From assembly GCA_965601925.1 (NCBI GenBank), contig OZ271854.1, positions 192,001-256,000 on the forward strand: 64,000 nt of DNA, written 5' to 3'. Of the stretch, positions 12,093 through 22,088 are shown piece by piece. This DNA is from Alkalispirochaeta sp. (lineage in GTDB: Bacteria; Spirochaetota; Spirochaetia; DSM-27196; Alkalispirochaetaceae). The notes beneath the pieces were generated by a model that saw only the letters and a program-made list of their open reading frames with translations, was not told the origin of the DNA and searched no databases. The first letter of the stretch is position 1. The number at the start of each line of letters is the position of its first letter. The position numbers were made by a program, and so were the translations under genes.

Positions 12093-12781
12093 CCGGCCTC
12101 CAGCTGCAGAACGTCGCCTACCCGCCGCGCAAGTTCTCGGTTATGGGTTACCAATATCAACGTTCGACCCCGTTCTTCCACCAGAGACAGGAGAATCTCC
12201 TCGACCACGCGCGAGTTCTTATCGTCGAGGTTACCCGTCGGTTCGTCGGCGAGCAAAAGGTGGGGGCGGTTTATGAGCGATCGCGCGAGTGCGGCGCGCT
12301 GCCGCTCGCCGCCGGAGAGTTGCGCCGGTAGGTGATTGAGTCGATCGCCCAAGCCCACCGAGATTAACAGTTCGGCCGCCTCCTCGCGTACCTCTCGGCG
12401 CGATCGATTACCGATCATGGCCGGAAGCATGACGTTTTCGATCGCCGAAAAATCGCGCAGAAGGTAGTGAAACTGAAATACCAGCCCCACGGTAGTCGAT
12501 CGATATCGCGTCAGCCCATCCTCGTCCAGCTCGTGTATCGTCTCCGAGCCGACTTCGATCGACCCGCCGTCGGGTGTATCGAGACCGGCGATGAGGCTCA
12601 ACAGCGTACTCTTGCCGCTTCCGCTCTCTCCGATAATGGCGACCTTTTCACCCGCCTTACGTGAGAACGTCGCATTGGACAGCACCTCGAGTCGCTGTCC
12701 GCCGTTGGGAAACAGCTTTCGCAATCCCGCAACCGAGATCGATACTCCGCCCGGCTCGTCGTGTAACGCACTACTCTCCAC
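12074..12781 (-). CDS. lolD: LolD-like ABC ATP-binding protein
   Basis: GESGSGKST, VFQFHYL, LSGGERQR and DEPTGNLD motifs. GTG start at 12781 overlaps the upstream permease. Confidence 0.85.
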   Translation of the reverse strand: MESSALHDEPGGVSISVAGLRKLFPNGGQRLEVLSNATFSRKAGEKVAIIGESGSGKSTLLSLIAGLDTPDGGSIEVGSETIHELDEDGLTRYRSTTVGLVFQFHYLLRDFSAIENVMLPAMIGNRSRREVREEAAELLISVGLGDRLNHLPAQLSGGERQRAALARSLINRPHLLLADEPTGNLDDKNSRVVEEILLSLVEERGRTLILVTHNRELARRVGDVLQLEAGCLNPV

Positions 12782-14024
12782 GTAATAACTCCATAGGAAC
12801 ATGATGCAGAACCGATCTCCCCGCCAGACGTGCAGCGGCGACCGACACGCCGATCGCGCCGGCGCCGACGAGCACAACCTCGCTACCGAGAATACGCACG
12901 GGAATCTCCTCGATGTAAAAGTACGTTGGAGAGAACACCCGCACGCCGTAATCACCCAGAAAGAGGGTGAGCGCCTCGAGGGATGCGAATATCGCATTTA
13001 CGTTTATCGCGAGGACGAGACCGATTACCACGCCGGCGAGCGTCCCGCCCACACCGATGAGCCATCCCTCCAGCGCAAATACTCGGCGCAGATTGTCGGG
13101 CCCCGCACCCAGGGCTCGGAGAATCGCGATCTCTTCGCTCCGTTCCAGGATGCTACGCCGCAAGAGTTGATAGATGTTACCGGCCACAACGACGAATATG
13201 AGGGCGATGAGAAAGGTCATCATCGCCTTCTCTACGCGCAGTGCGCCGAAGATGCCGCGGTTAAACTCCCGCCAGCTCTCGATACGCCACGTTTCGGGTA
13301 TGATCGGCTCGACCACCTCAACGGCGCGTCGATCATGAAAACGATTCTCCAGTTTCATGCCCACCACGATCGTATCGCGAGCCGCCAGCGTTTCTACCGC
13401 ACCGGCGATGGAGACGAACCCCCAATTACGATCGAAATCGAGGTACCCGGTTCGGAAGAGACCGCTAACGACCAACTCCTCCTCGGCCGGACGATTTCCT
13501 CCGGCGGGAATGTGCGTGACCGCCACGTGGTCCCCGACCCGTACTCCCAATACGCGCGCAAGCTCGATGCCGAGGACGATACCGGCAGGACTCGAAAGGT
13601 CGAACGCGCCCGATACGACTTCGACTTGATCGGCGGCGCTCGGATCGAGGACAAACCAATTCTCGGGTACGACGCGGATAACGATGCCCTGCGGCTCGGG
13701 CCAGAACCCGCGCGCCATCGTTTGGAACTCCGCGGTCGGCAGTGCGGCCTCCACTCCCGGTACCGCGGAGAGTTCCGCGATACGGTCGGAGATCCGTTCC
13801 GCGTCGGATAACGCAACGCCGGAGTCGATGCGGAGGTGAAACGAGTTAACCTCCAAGATGCTCTCGATCTGCCCGAGCTGGAATCCGTTCATCACCCCCA
13901 GAACGACGATAAGGGTCGCCACGCCGGCGGCTATTCCGAGGACCGCGAGCCGACCGGCGCCGCCGGCTGAAACGCGTGCCGAACGCAGGAACCGTCGCGC
14001 GACGAAGACAATCCACGGACTCAT
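12771..14024 (-). CDS. LolC/LolE-family lipoprotein-releasing ABC permease
   Basis: GVATLIVVLGVMNGF, SWREFNRGIFGALRVEK, ERSEEIAILRALG and YFYIEEIP motifs. Confidence 0.88.
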   Translation of the reverse strand: MSPWIVFVARRFLRSARVSAGGAGRLAVLGIAAGVATLIVVLGVMNGFQLGQIESILEVNSFHLRIDSGVALSDAERISDRIAELSAVPGVEAALPTAEFQTMARGFWPEPQGIVIRVVPENWFVLDPSAADQVEVVSGAFDLSSPAGIVLGIELARVLGVRVGDHVAVTHIPAGGNRPAEEELVVSGLFRTGYLDFDRNWGFVSIAGAVETLAARDTIVVGMKLENRFHDRRAVEVVEPIIPETWRIESWREFNRGIFGALRVEKAMMTFLIALIFVVVAGNIYQLLRRSILERSEEIAILRALGAGPDNLRRVFALEGWLIGVGGTLAGVVIGLVLAINVNAIFASLEALTLFLGDYGVRVFSPTYFYIEEIPVRILGSEVVLVGAGAIGVSVAAARLAGRSVLHHVPMELLRGE

Positions 14025-14968
14025 GGCTCCTCCACGCGGATAAGACGCCCATCTGAGAAGATCTCTCTCTGTGTCAACGTCTCGTCCATGAACGTCTCGC
14101 GAAGCAGTAATTGCCCGTCGCGATATCGAGAAACCACTCGCGCATCACCATTCACCGTCTCCTCCACGACGAGAATATCGTCCTCCCACACCGTTCGCAC
14201 ATACTCCTCATCGCCGTCCCACTCCCAAACCTCTCGTACCCGGCGGTTGCGCGTCCGCTCGATTCGCTCGACGGTGCGACCCGCCGAATCGTAGCGCAAC
14301 TGTGCCGAAAACACCAAGCGCCCGTCGCGCAGCCGTTCTTCGAGTACGACGCGTCCATCGCGATAGCTCAACCGTTCCAGCTCGGCGCCGCGCATAGTGC
14401 GTCGCTCCCGCAGACGTCCGTCGTCGGCGTACTCGTACCACGTCTCTTCGATCGAGCCGTCGGGTTGCTCGAGACGCGAATAGGTCGGAAGAGCCGATTG
14501 ATTGTGTTGGAGCTGCAAAAGCAGTCCGTCACCCTCGATGCTCTCCGATCCCCGATTCCCCGGGGGCGCGAATCGTGCGGTAAGACATCCCTCATCGACG
14601 GCGCAGTGAATCATGGATCGCAAGGTACCATCGGGTCGATATCGAAACGTCTCTTCCAGCACCGCCGCATCCTCGTGGTCGAATCGCGTGCGCTCATACA
14701 ATAGATCGTCATATCCGTACACCAACGTCTCGCGGCCGTAGACGACGCCGTCGCGATAGAGCGTCGCGCGATACTCCCGCCCCGATGCGCCGTCGGTACG
14801 TTCCTCCATTAGAGACCATTCGGTTGGAAGCGGCCCGCCGTCCGCCAACTCATCGAGGCGCATAAACTCGCGATTGGAACGATACCAGCGAGGTCCATTT
14901 TGAGCGTACACGGAGGCGAACACCGTTCCGAGAAGGATCGTCGCCCAGATCGCGCGACGGGCGTTCAC
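14021..14968 (-). CDS. Secreted hypothetical protein with YD/MORN-like beta-hairpin repeats
   Basis: Signal peptide ending VYA-Q; recurring YxxDGxL-type units (YRPDGTL, YADDGRL, YDSAGR, YRDGQL); 4-nt overlaps with ftsY and the lol permease. Confidence 0.75.
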   Translation of the reverse strand: MNARRAIWATILLGTVFASVYAQNGPRWYRSNREFMRLDELADGGPLPTEWSLMEERTDGASGREYRATLYRDGVVYGRETLVYGYDDLLYERTRFDHEDAAVLEETFRYRPDGTLRSMIHCAVDEGCLTARFAPPGNRGSESIEGDGLLLQLQHNQSALPTYSRLEQPDGSIEETWYEYADDGRLRERRTMRGAELERLSYRDGRVVLEERLRDGRLVFSAQLRYDSAGRTVERIERTRNRRVREVWEWDGDEEYVRTVWEDDILVVEETVNGDARVVSRYRDGQLLLRETFMDETLTQREIFSDGRLIRVEEP

Positions 14969-15834
14969 GGCGCAATAAGCTCCTCGACGTAGGTCGCGGG
15001 ATCGAATCGCAGAAGATCGTCGTACCCTTCGCCGGTACCGAGCCAGATACAGCCCAACCCAAACTGACGCGCCAGGGGAACCAGAATACCGCCTCTGGCG
15101 GTAGAGTCGTATTTCGATAGAACCAGACCGTCGACGCCGACCGTCTCGTGGAACAGCTCCGCTTGTCGGAGCGCGTTTTGCCCCGTCGTTCCGTCGACGA
15201 CCAGAAGCTTTCGGTACACGACGCGCTCCGTCGCCCGCTTGCGGATAATCCCGTCAATTTTGCCGAGCTCTTGTACAAGATCGGTGCGGTTGTGCATGCG
15301 GCCGGCGGTGTCGGCCAAAAGCACCCGTTCGCCCTTCGCCTCGGCGCTGTCGATGGCGTCCCAGATAACCGCGCCCGCGTCGGAGCCGGCGCCCTGCTTT
15401 ACGATACGTACTCCCAACCGCTGGGCGTGAAGCGAGAGCTGCTCCACGGCGGCGGCGCGAAACGTGTCGCCGGCAGCCAACACGATACCCGCGTCGGGCC
15501 ACTCACGTTGGTAGACTCGAGCGATTTTTGCCAGATTGGTCGTCTTGCCCACGCCGTTGACGCCCAACACGAGAACGATGTTGAGGCGGTCGCGATCGAG
15601 GGAGAGGTCGGTCGGTTTGAGCTCCGCGAGGAGCGTCTCCCGCAACGCGGAGAGGAGATCCTCACGCGATTTGACGCGAGTCTGCGACCGCAACCTATCG
15701 GACAGTTCCATCACGAACTGCGCTCCCAAATCGGCTTCGATCAAAAGATCTTCCAACTCCTCGTAAAACTCGTCGCTGGTGGTACTGAAAGAGAAGAGGT
15801 CTCGCAGACGCTCTCCGAGTTTCTTTTTCCTCAT
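14965..15834 (-). CDS. ftsY: Signal recognition particle receptor FtsY
   Basis: GVNGVGKTT, DTFRAAA, DTAGR, DGTTGQNA and SKYDSTARGG motifs. Confidence 0.96.
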   Translation of the reverse strand: MRKKKLGERLRDLFSFSTTSDEFYEELEDLLIEADLGAQFVMELSDRLRSQTRVKSREDLLSALRETLLAELKPTDLSLDRDRLNIVLVLGVNGVGKTTNLAKIARVYQREWPDAGIVLAAGDTFRAAAVEQLSLHAQRLGVRIVKQGAGSDAGAVIWDAIDSAEAKGERVLLADTAGRMHNRTDLVQELGKIDGIIRKRATERVVYRKLLVVDGTTGQNALRQAELFHETVGVDGLVLSKYDSTARGGILVPLARQFGLGCIWLGTGEGYDDLLRFDPATYVEELIAP

Positions 15835-15878
15835 GCTGTCCTACGTGAACGAATCATAATCCGGCGACATTGCCGGTA

Positions 15879-17387
15879 TCACCGCGTGTGATATCCTTGC
15901 GCGGTCTGAACATAATCGACCAAGCGCCATATCATATTGGCAAAGAGCCCCGCGCTCAAGCCGATACCGACGTAGTACCCGTAAAACAGCGCATCGACCT
16001 GCGGTTGCAGGCGATCTTGTTCGTCCTGGGAGAGATCGGATCGGGCGACGCCTCCGGGATAGAGACCGGTATAGTTCTGGTACACGCCGTTGATCAGAAT
16101 CGGCACACCTACAGATACGACGAAGGCTCCGAAAGAGCGATAGAATCGATCGCGTGAGCGCTCAACCGATTCGGCCCAGTCGTCGTCGGCGGCGATGAGC
16201 ACTCGCTCGATACGACTCGGGCTGTCGGGACCGACGACGACGCGGCTGTCGTAGTATCCCTCCCGAGCGATCGTATAGCTCGTCTCTTCGGTGGGACGCG
16301 GGACGGGCAGCGGCGTGAATCCCTGCCAAAACGCTCCACGGTACACGAGAGCACCGGCGGGCTCGGAGGCTAAAAAGACGGTTTCCGGCTCCTCGTCGGC
16401 GATGGTGACGATCAACGATGTGCGGTCGTCGGGACCGATCTCAACGGCGCGCGCTACCTCGCGTCCGTCCGGTAGACGCGCGGTGAATGTATAGGCTCCC
16501 TCGGGGAGATACGGTTCGACGACGCGACCCACACCGAGGAACCGGCCGTCCATGAACAGGCGCGCCTCGTCCAATGCGTTTCCCTCCGCATCCGCCGCGC
16601 GAAGGTTGACCACGGCGAGAGGGCGACCGGCGAGCTCGGCCACGAGTGTACGTTCGTATGCCTCGAGTTGGTCGGCGATATCGGCCGGTGAGGCGATAAT
16701 CCGCAATACTTCCCGGTCACGTTCCAGAACCGGAAGCCACGAACGGACGGTAAACACGTAGTCCGCACCGAGCTCCTCGACGGTAAGATAGAGAAAGAGT
16801 CGGTTCTCATCGGATTGCAACGTTTCGCCCTCGGCGGTCGGCAGGACCCGTCGAAACTCATACTCACCTTCGAGAAGCCGCACCGGTACGCGATCGGGAA
16901 CGGAGACGTCGTCGACACCCACGGTTGCCAGACGAGCACGCTCTTCGTGGAGAGAACTGAGTTCGGTATCCTCGATCGGGCCGTCGGCGAGTCCCGATTC
17001 GAGGCGATTTCGCTCGATTGAAAGGCGACGAGCCTCGATCGCCGCCATAAGACGCTCTTCTTCTCGGCGGAGACGCTGTTCCGCCAAGGCTCGCCGTTCG
17101 GCGGAGTCGAGATAGCGCCACGGTAGCCCGGTGGCCATATCGCGTAGCACCTGGACGTAGGAGCCCAGTACGATACGGTCTTCCTCCGGGATATCCGGCG
17201 TAACGACCGTCGTCAGCACGACGGTATACTCCGCCTCCGACAGAGAGAGGCGTGCGATGAGTGCGGCGCGTAGCTCGGCCTCTGCGTCGAGCTCGGCCGA
17301 ACCGCCGGCAAACAGCATCGGCGTTATTGCAAAGGTTAGCGCCGCGGTGAGGATCGGAAGATCAGCTAGAGACCTGGCCCGCTTCAT
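15879..17387 (-). CDS. PEGA domain-containing membrane protein
   Basis: Signal peptide (LFA-GG), PEGA motif SEPAGALVY..G..QGFTP....REGY, and two C-terminal hydrophobic segments. Confidence 0.75.
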   Translation of the reverse strand: MKRARSLADLPILTAALTFAITPMLFAGGSAELDAEAELRAALIARLSLSEAEYTVVLTTVVTPDIPEEDRIVLGSYVQVLRDMATGLPWRYLDSAERRALAEQRLRREEERLMAAIEARRLSIERNRLESGLADGPIEDTELSSLHEERARLATVGVDDVSVPDRVPVRLLEGEYEFRRVLPTAEGETLQSDENRLFLYLTVEELGADYVFTVRSWLPVLERDREVLRIIASPADIADQLEAYERTLVAELAGRPLAVVNLRAADAEGNALDEARLFMDGRFLGVGRVVEPYLPEGAYTFTARLPDGREVARAVEIGPDDRTSLIVTIADEEPETVFLASEPAGALVYRGAFWQGFTPLPVPRPTEETSYTIAREGYYDSRVVVGPDSPSRIERVLIAADDDWAESVERSRDRFYRSFGAFVVSVGVPILINGVYQNYTGLYPGGVARSDLSQDEQDRLQPQVDALFYGYYVGIGLSAGLFANMIWRLVDYVQTAQGYHTR

Positions 17388-18469
17388 ACTTGAGATACGC
17401 CTCGATGAAGGGATCGAGCTCGCCGTCCATCACCGCCTGAACGTTGCCCGTCTCTACCGACGTCCTGAGATCCTTTACCATCGTATACGGTTGAAAGACG
17501 TATGACCTGATCTGGTTTCCCCAGGATATATCCTTCTTTTCGATGGCCCGCGACGCTTGCTCCGCCTCGCGCTGGTGTCGATAGTACTCGTACAATCGCG
17601 ATTTGAGCACCTTCATGGCGGTCGCGCGGTTTTTGTGTTGGCTGCGCTCGTTCTGGCATTGGACGACGATACCGGTCGGCAGGTGAGTCATCCGTACCGC
17701 CGAATCGGTCTTGTTGACGTGCTGGCCTCCGGCTCCGCTCGCTCGATAGGTGTCGACGCGAATCTCGTCGGCCTTGATCTCGACCTCGATATCGTCCTCT
17801 ACGACCGGAGATACGTACACCGAGGCGAAGGATGTGTGGCGGCGACCGCTCGAATCGAAAGGACTGATTCGCACGAGGCGATGAATGCCCGCCTCGGCCT
17901 TGAGGTACCCGAAGACGTAGGCGCCGGTTACCTCTACGGTTACCGACTTGATGCCCCCTTCCGCCTCTTGGAGATCGATCACGTCCCGCTTATAGTCGTG
18001 TACGTCGATCCAACGGCTATACATGCGATACAGCATGCTGACCCAATCGCACGCCTCGGTACCACCGGCGCCGGAATGAATCGTGAGAAAGGCGTTGGCT
18101 CCGTCCGCGGCATCGTGGAGGAGCCGCTTGAGTTGTAGTTTTTCAAAACGCATCCGGGCGTCTTCGATCGCCGAGCGGATATCACTCTCCTGCGACTCGT
18201 CGCCCTCCTCCTGAGCCAACTCCAGAAGCGCCTCGGCGTCGTCGACATCGGCGATCAATCGCTCCCACGGTTCGATCGTATCGCGAAGGCGCTTGATTTC
18301 GGTCATCGTCGCCTCGGCGGCTTCCCGATCGTTCCAGAAGCCCGGGTCGGCGGTTGCGGCCTCTTTGTCCGCTATCTGAACTCTGACCTCATCGGGGTCA
18401 AAGATACCTCCAAGTCGAATGTACGTCTTCTTTCAGCTGCTTGAGCGGCGCAGCAAGTTCCTGAAGCAT
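17362..18469 (-). CDS. prfB: Peptide chain release factor 2 (programmed +1 frameshift)
   Basis: SPF and GGQ motifs. A 23-codon first ORF (MLQELAAP...WRYL) from ATG 18469 ends in CTT TGA C at 18403-18397, with an internal SD GGAGG; the +1 frame continues DPDEVR...GFWND. Confidence 0.96.
18397..18412 (-). promoter_or_regulatory. prfB autoregulatory +1 frameshift signal
   Basis: GGAGGTAT CTT TGA C on the minus strand. Confidence 0.93.
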
Positions 18470-18530
18470 CGCTATTACTCCTCATCGTTTGAGTATTATC
18501 GTGGACTGTAGCACGCCGGTCCCCCAACTG

Positions 18531-19448
18531 TCACGAGAGCCCGGACAACGAGCCGGCGATGCGGGCGGCCAGACGGGCGTTATTCTTCACCAGCGCGATA
18601 TTGGCCTCTAACGATTCGCCGTCGGTAAGCTCTACGATACGCGCCAAGAGGTAGGGGGTAACCTCCTTGCCGCGAATTCCCTCCCCGTCGGCCTCACGGA
18701 TCGAACGTTCGATAATCGCCTCGATCGCCCCGCGATCCATCGACTCGTTCTCCGGAATGGGATTGGCCACCAGCGCCCCTCCGGCACCCGGCAACGCCCA
18801 GTGGGCGGCGAGGGTCCGGGCGATCTCATCCGGCTCGTCGAGTCGCAACGGCGCTCCCAGGCCGCTCTGGCGAGAATAGAAGGCGGGGAACTCGTCGGAT
18901 CGAAATGTGATCACCGGAACACCCAACGTCTCGAGATACTCCAGCGTCCGGCCGATATCGAGGATCGATTTGACACCCGCGGAGACGACGGCGACGGACG
19001 TCTTCTCGAACTCCGGGAGGTCCGCCGACACGTCCATGGAACTCTGCCAGCCACGGTGTACTCCGCCGGTGCCGCCGGTCGCAAAGAGACGAATACCCGC
19101 AAGCGCGGCGCCTATCATCGTCGCGGCGACGGTGGTGGCGGCGATACGACCCGTCGCCAGGGCGAACCCGAGATCGCGTCGACTCGCCTTCAAGACGTCG
19201 TTGCTCGTTCCCAATAGTGCTATTTGGTCGTCGGTAAGCCCTACGGTAAACGCACCGTTCATCACTGCGATCGTCGCCGGTACTGCGCCGGCGCTCCGCA
19301 CCGTCTCCTCGACCGCACGCGCGGTCTCGACGTTGCGCGGATAGGGCATCCCGTGGGAGATGATGGTCGACTCCAACGCGACGACCGGCCGCCGTTCGGC
19401 GACTGCCGACCGTACCTCTTCGTGAACCCGAACGTACTTAGTTTGCAT
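18531..19448 (-). CDS. psuG: Pseudouridine-5'-phosphate glycosidase
   Basis: VVALESTIISHGMPYP, ATGGTGGVHRG, DVSADL, KSILDI and GKEVTPYLL motifs. Confidence 0.95.
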   Translation of the reverse strand: MQTKYVRVHEEVRSAVAERRPVVALESTIISHGMPYPRNVETARAVEETVRSAGAVPATIAVMNGAFTVGLTDDQIALLGTSNDVLKASRRDLGFALATGRIAATTVAATMIGAALAGIRLFATGGTGGVHRGWQSSMDVSADLPEFEKTSVAVVSAGVKSILDIGRTLEYLETLGVPVITFRSDEFPAFYSRQSGLGAPLRLDEPDEIARTLAAHWALPGAGGALVANPIPENESMDRGAIEAIIERSIREADGEGIRGKEVTPYLLARIVELTDGESLEANIALVKNNARLAARIAGSLSGLS

Positions 19449-19530
19449 TACCCTTTCCCTTCTCGTATCACCACCGACGATCGCCGCCGATACGCACCGT
19501 CACCGTCGTCGCACTGCCGCTGCCGACGCG

Positions 19531-20502
19531 TTACTGTTCCGCACCCATTCCGAGGAGGTCGTCGAGTCTCAGCCGTTCGTCCACGGTACCCGGTGCGGCG
19601 ACGGTACGGCGACCGGCGGCGAGACCCAGAGCGATCGCACCGGGACACGTGAGCCCTCGCGACAGTCCCGTTACCAGCCCCGCGACAAAGGCGTCTCCGG
19701 CGCCGTTGGCATTTGCGGTGGGTACGGGCGCGGTTCGATAGAGCTGTGTTTCCGTCTCGCCGGGTCGCCACGACGCCGCACCACGCTCACCGCGGGTAAC
19801 GATGCAGCAGCGTATATCCGCATCGCCCGGTTTGAACAGATCGCGCGCCACTGCATTCATCTCGTCGGCGTTGGGTGTGATGATGTCGATGCGACCCGAC
19901 AGACGACAAAGACGCCGCGCCTTTTCGACACTCACCGGCTCCACAACGACATACGCGCCCCGCCCACGAGCCCAATCGAGCCCCGCCTCCAGCGCCTCGA
20001 CGGAGAGGTTGCAATCCATGACGAGAATCGGGTGCGCGCTACGGCCACGACGAGCCGTTGCCGTGGGCGCTCTCGGTCCCCTCAGGACGGCGGCGGCCCG
20101 ATCGAGCATCGCGCGGAAAGCATCGGGTTCCAGCGTCTCGACGGCGGCCATGTCCGAGACGGCCGTATCGAGCTCTCCACGGTCCATGATGCTCACATAC
20201 AATCCGACGCGACCGTCGGGCCGTCGCGCTACACACCCCACGTCGACCCCCGCTGCGGCGGTCCGCGCTAAGGTCCAGACGGAGAGCGGGTCCTCGCCGA
20301 CGACGCCGACAAGCGCCACCGGAGTTTCCAGACGCGCAACAGTCTCGGCGATATTGCGCGCCACGCCACCGGCCGAGAGGCGCACCGTTCCCGGGTTGGA
20401 GGTATGTCGTCGCATGGTCGAGGCGCTTTCGGCCGCGAGATCGCAGCTGATACCGCCGGCGACTATCACCGGCACGACGTCCCGCCGCACAGTCCGTTCC
20501 AT
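19531..20502 (-). CDS. psuK: PfkB-family kinase, probably pseudouridine kinase
   Basis: SNPGTV..SAGGVARNIAE, TPNADE and GAGDAF motifs; directly upstream of psuG. Confidence 0.8.
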   Translation of the reverse strand: MERTVRRDVVPVIVAGGISCDLAAESASTMRRHTSNPGTVRLSAGGVARNIAETVARLETPVALVGVVGEDPLSVWTLARTAAAGVDVGCVARRPDGRVGLYVSIMDRGELDTAVSDMAAVETLEPDAFRAMLDRAAAVLRGPRAPTATARRGRSAHPILVMDCNLSVEALEAGLDWARGRGAYVVVEPVSVEKARRLCRLSGRIDIITPNADEMNAVARDLFKPGDADIRCCIVTRGERGAASWRPGETETQLYRTAPVPTANANGAGDAFVAGLVTGLSRGLTCPGAIALGLAAGRRTVAAPGTVDERLRLDDLLGMGAEQ

Positions 20503-20549
20503 GTGAAGCGGGATTGTATCACGCACTAAGCGCGGACTACAGTACATTC

Positions 20550-21836
20550 GTGCAGAGATTCGCAACCCTGACGCTGCTCTTCGTACTGCGTTACACCCTG
20601 GGGCTGTGGCTTCGATGGCGTTTTCGCGTGACGATTCGATACGACGAGAGTTTTCGCCGCCTTAAGCCTCCCTTTCTCGTCCTCCCCAACCACGTCAATT
20701 TCTGGGACCCATTTCTCGTGGCAATGGCCTTCGATAAGCCGGTGCACTTCATCGCCGCGGACGGGAACTTTCGCAGCCGTGTGATGCGTCGCCTTCTTAC
20801 CGTCGCCGCGGCGATTCCCAAGACGAAGGCTAAGAACGACTTCGAAAGCCTGCGCGCGCTCCGGGAACGCGTGGCGGCGCGGGAAATCGTCGGCCTATTC
20901 GCGGAAGGGCAACGGACGTGGGACGGGCGAAGTCGCCCCCTCCTTCCGGCGACGCCCAAACTCGTGAAACTCTTGGACGTGCCGGTCGTCGGCGTGCGAC
21001 TGGGCGGTGCGTATCTTTCGACGCCGCGGTGGGCGACCAATCTGAGGCGGGGCCGGCTTGAGATAGCGATCTCGACCGTCCTCGACGCGCAGCAGGTACA
21101 CACCCTCTCCAGACGCCGCATCGCCGAAGAGCTCGATACGGCGATTCGATTCGACGAGGACGATTGGCGACAAGAACGCGGCATCCACTTCGTGGCGCGC
21201 AATCGCGCAGAGGGAGCCGAGCGAGCGCTTTTTCTGTGTCCGACGTGCCTCCGGTGGGGCACGCTTCGCTCCGACGGATCGTTCCTACGGTGTCTTCACT
21301 GCGGTGATACGACGTGGTTCGCGCCGTCGGGAACGCTCTATCACATCGCCCCGTCCACCGCCGTCCGACACCACCGATTCCGATATCTCGCCGACTGGAA
21401 CGCATGGCAACGAGCGACGCTTCTGAGCGCGGCGAAAACGGACGGGCACCCCGCTACTCCGGCGGTGGTCGATTCGCCGGAGCACCCCTTTCCGTACTGC
21501 ATAGAGCGCGTTCGACTTCTCACGGGCTTCCGTAGCCGCCCGCTGTCGGAACGCGGTGAGGTGGCGCTTGCACTCGAGGCACGGGGGCTACGCCTACGCG
21601 CCTCCACGTATGCGCAGCTTCCGAATCGTCGGGGAGAACTCTTCCTGCCTATCGAGGAGATCAAGGGTGTCAACGTGCAGTACGCCCACCAACTCGAGTT
21701 CTACGTCCGCGGCACGCTGTTCGTGATACGCGCACTCGCGGCCCATGACTCGGTATATCGCATCGAGGAGTCGATTCTCTTTCTCCAAGGCCGGCGTTCG
21801 CTCGCTCCTATTCTTCACAATTTCGATAAGAATTAG
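20550..21836 (+). CDS. Lysophospholipid acyltransferase (PlsC-like) with C-terminal Zn-ribbon/PH-like extension
   Basis: NHVNFWD (HX4D) and FAEGQR motifs, with CPTC and CLHC later. GTG 20550 chosen from the promoter geometry. Confidence 0.85.
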   Translation: MQRFATLTLLFVLRYTLGLWLRWRFRVTIRYDESFRRLKPPFLVLPNHVNFWDPFLVAMAFDKPVHFIAADGNFRSRVMRRLLTVAAAIPKTKAKNDFESLRALRERVAAREIVGLFAEGQRTWDGRSRPLLPATPKLVKLLDVPVVGVRLGGAYLSTPRWATNLRRGRLEIAISTVLDAQQVHTLSRRRIAEELDTAIRFDEDDWRQERGIHFVARNRAEGAERALFLCPTCLRWGTLRSDGSFLRCLHCGDTTWFAPSGTLYHIAPSTAVRHHRFRYLADWNAWQRATLLSAAKTDGHPATPAVVDSPEHPFPYCIERVRLLTGFRSRPLSERGEVALALEARGLRLRASTYAQLPNRRGELFLPIEEIKGVNVQYAHQLEFYVRGTLFVIRALAAHDSVYRIEESILFLQGRRSLAPILHNFDKN

Positions 21837-21848
21837 TATAGTATCGAT

Positions 21849-22088
21849 ATGAAAAGAGCGATTTTCGATTTGGTCGGTGCGACGTGCACCTCGTGTTCGA
21901 TCGGTATCGAACATATGGGGCGCCGGATTCGCGGCGTCGAGGACGTATGGGTCGACAGACAAACGAGTGAGATCTTTCTCGACTTTGACGGCAACCCCGC
22001 TACCGTAGATAAAATCGTCAATTTTGTGCAAGCGATCGGATATGAAGCTAAGCTCAAGGCTGAGGAGCCGGTTCCGCAGGAGACCTAA
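21849..22088 (+). CDS. Heavy-metal-associated (HMA) domain protein, CopZ-like
   Basis: 79 aa with GATCTSC and a C-terminal IGYEA motif. Confidence 0.85.
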   Translation: MKRAIFDLVGATCTSCSIGIEHMGRRIRGVEDVWVDRQTSEIFLDFDGNPATVDKIVNFVQAIGYEAKLKAEEPVPQET

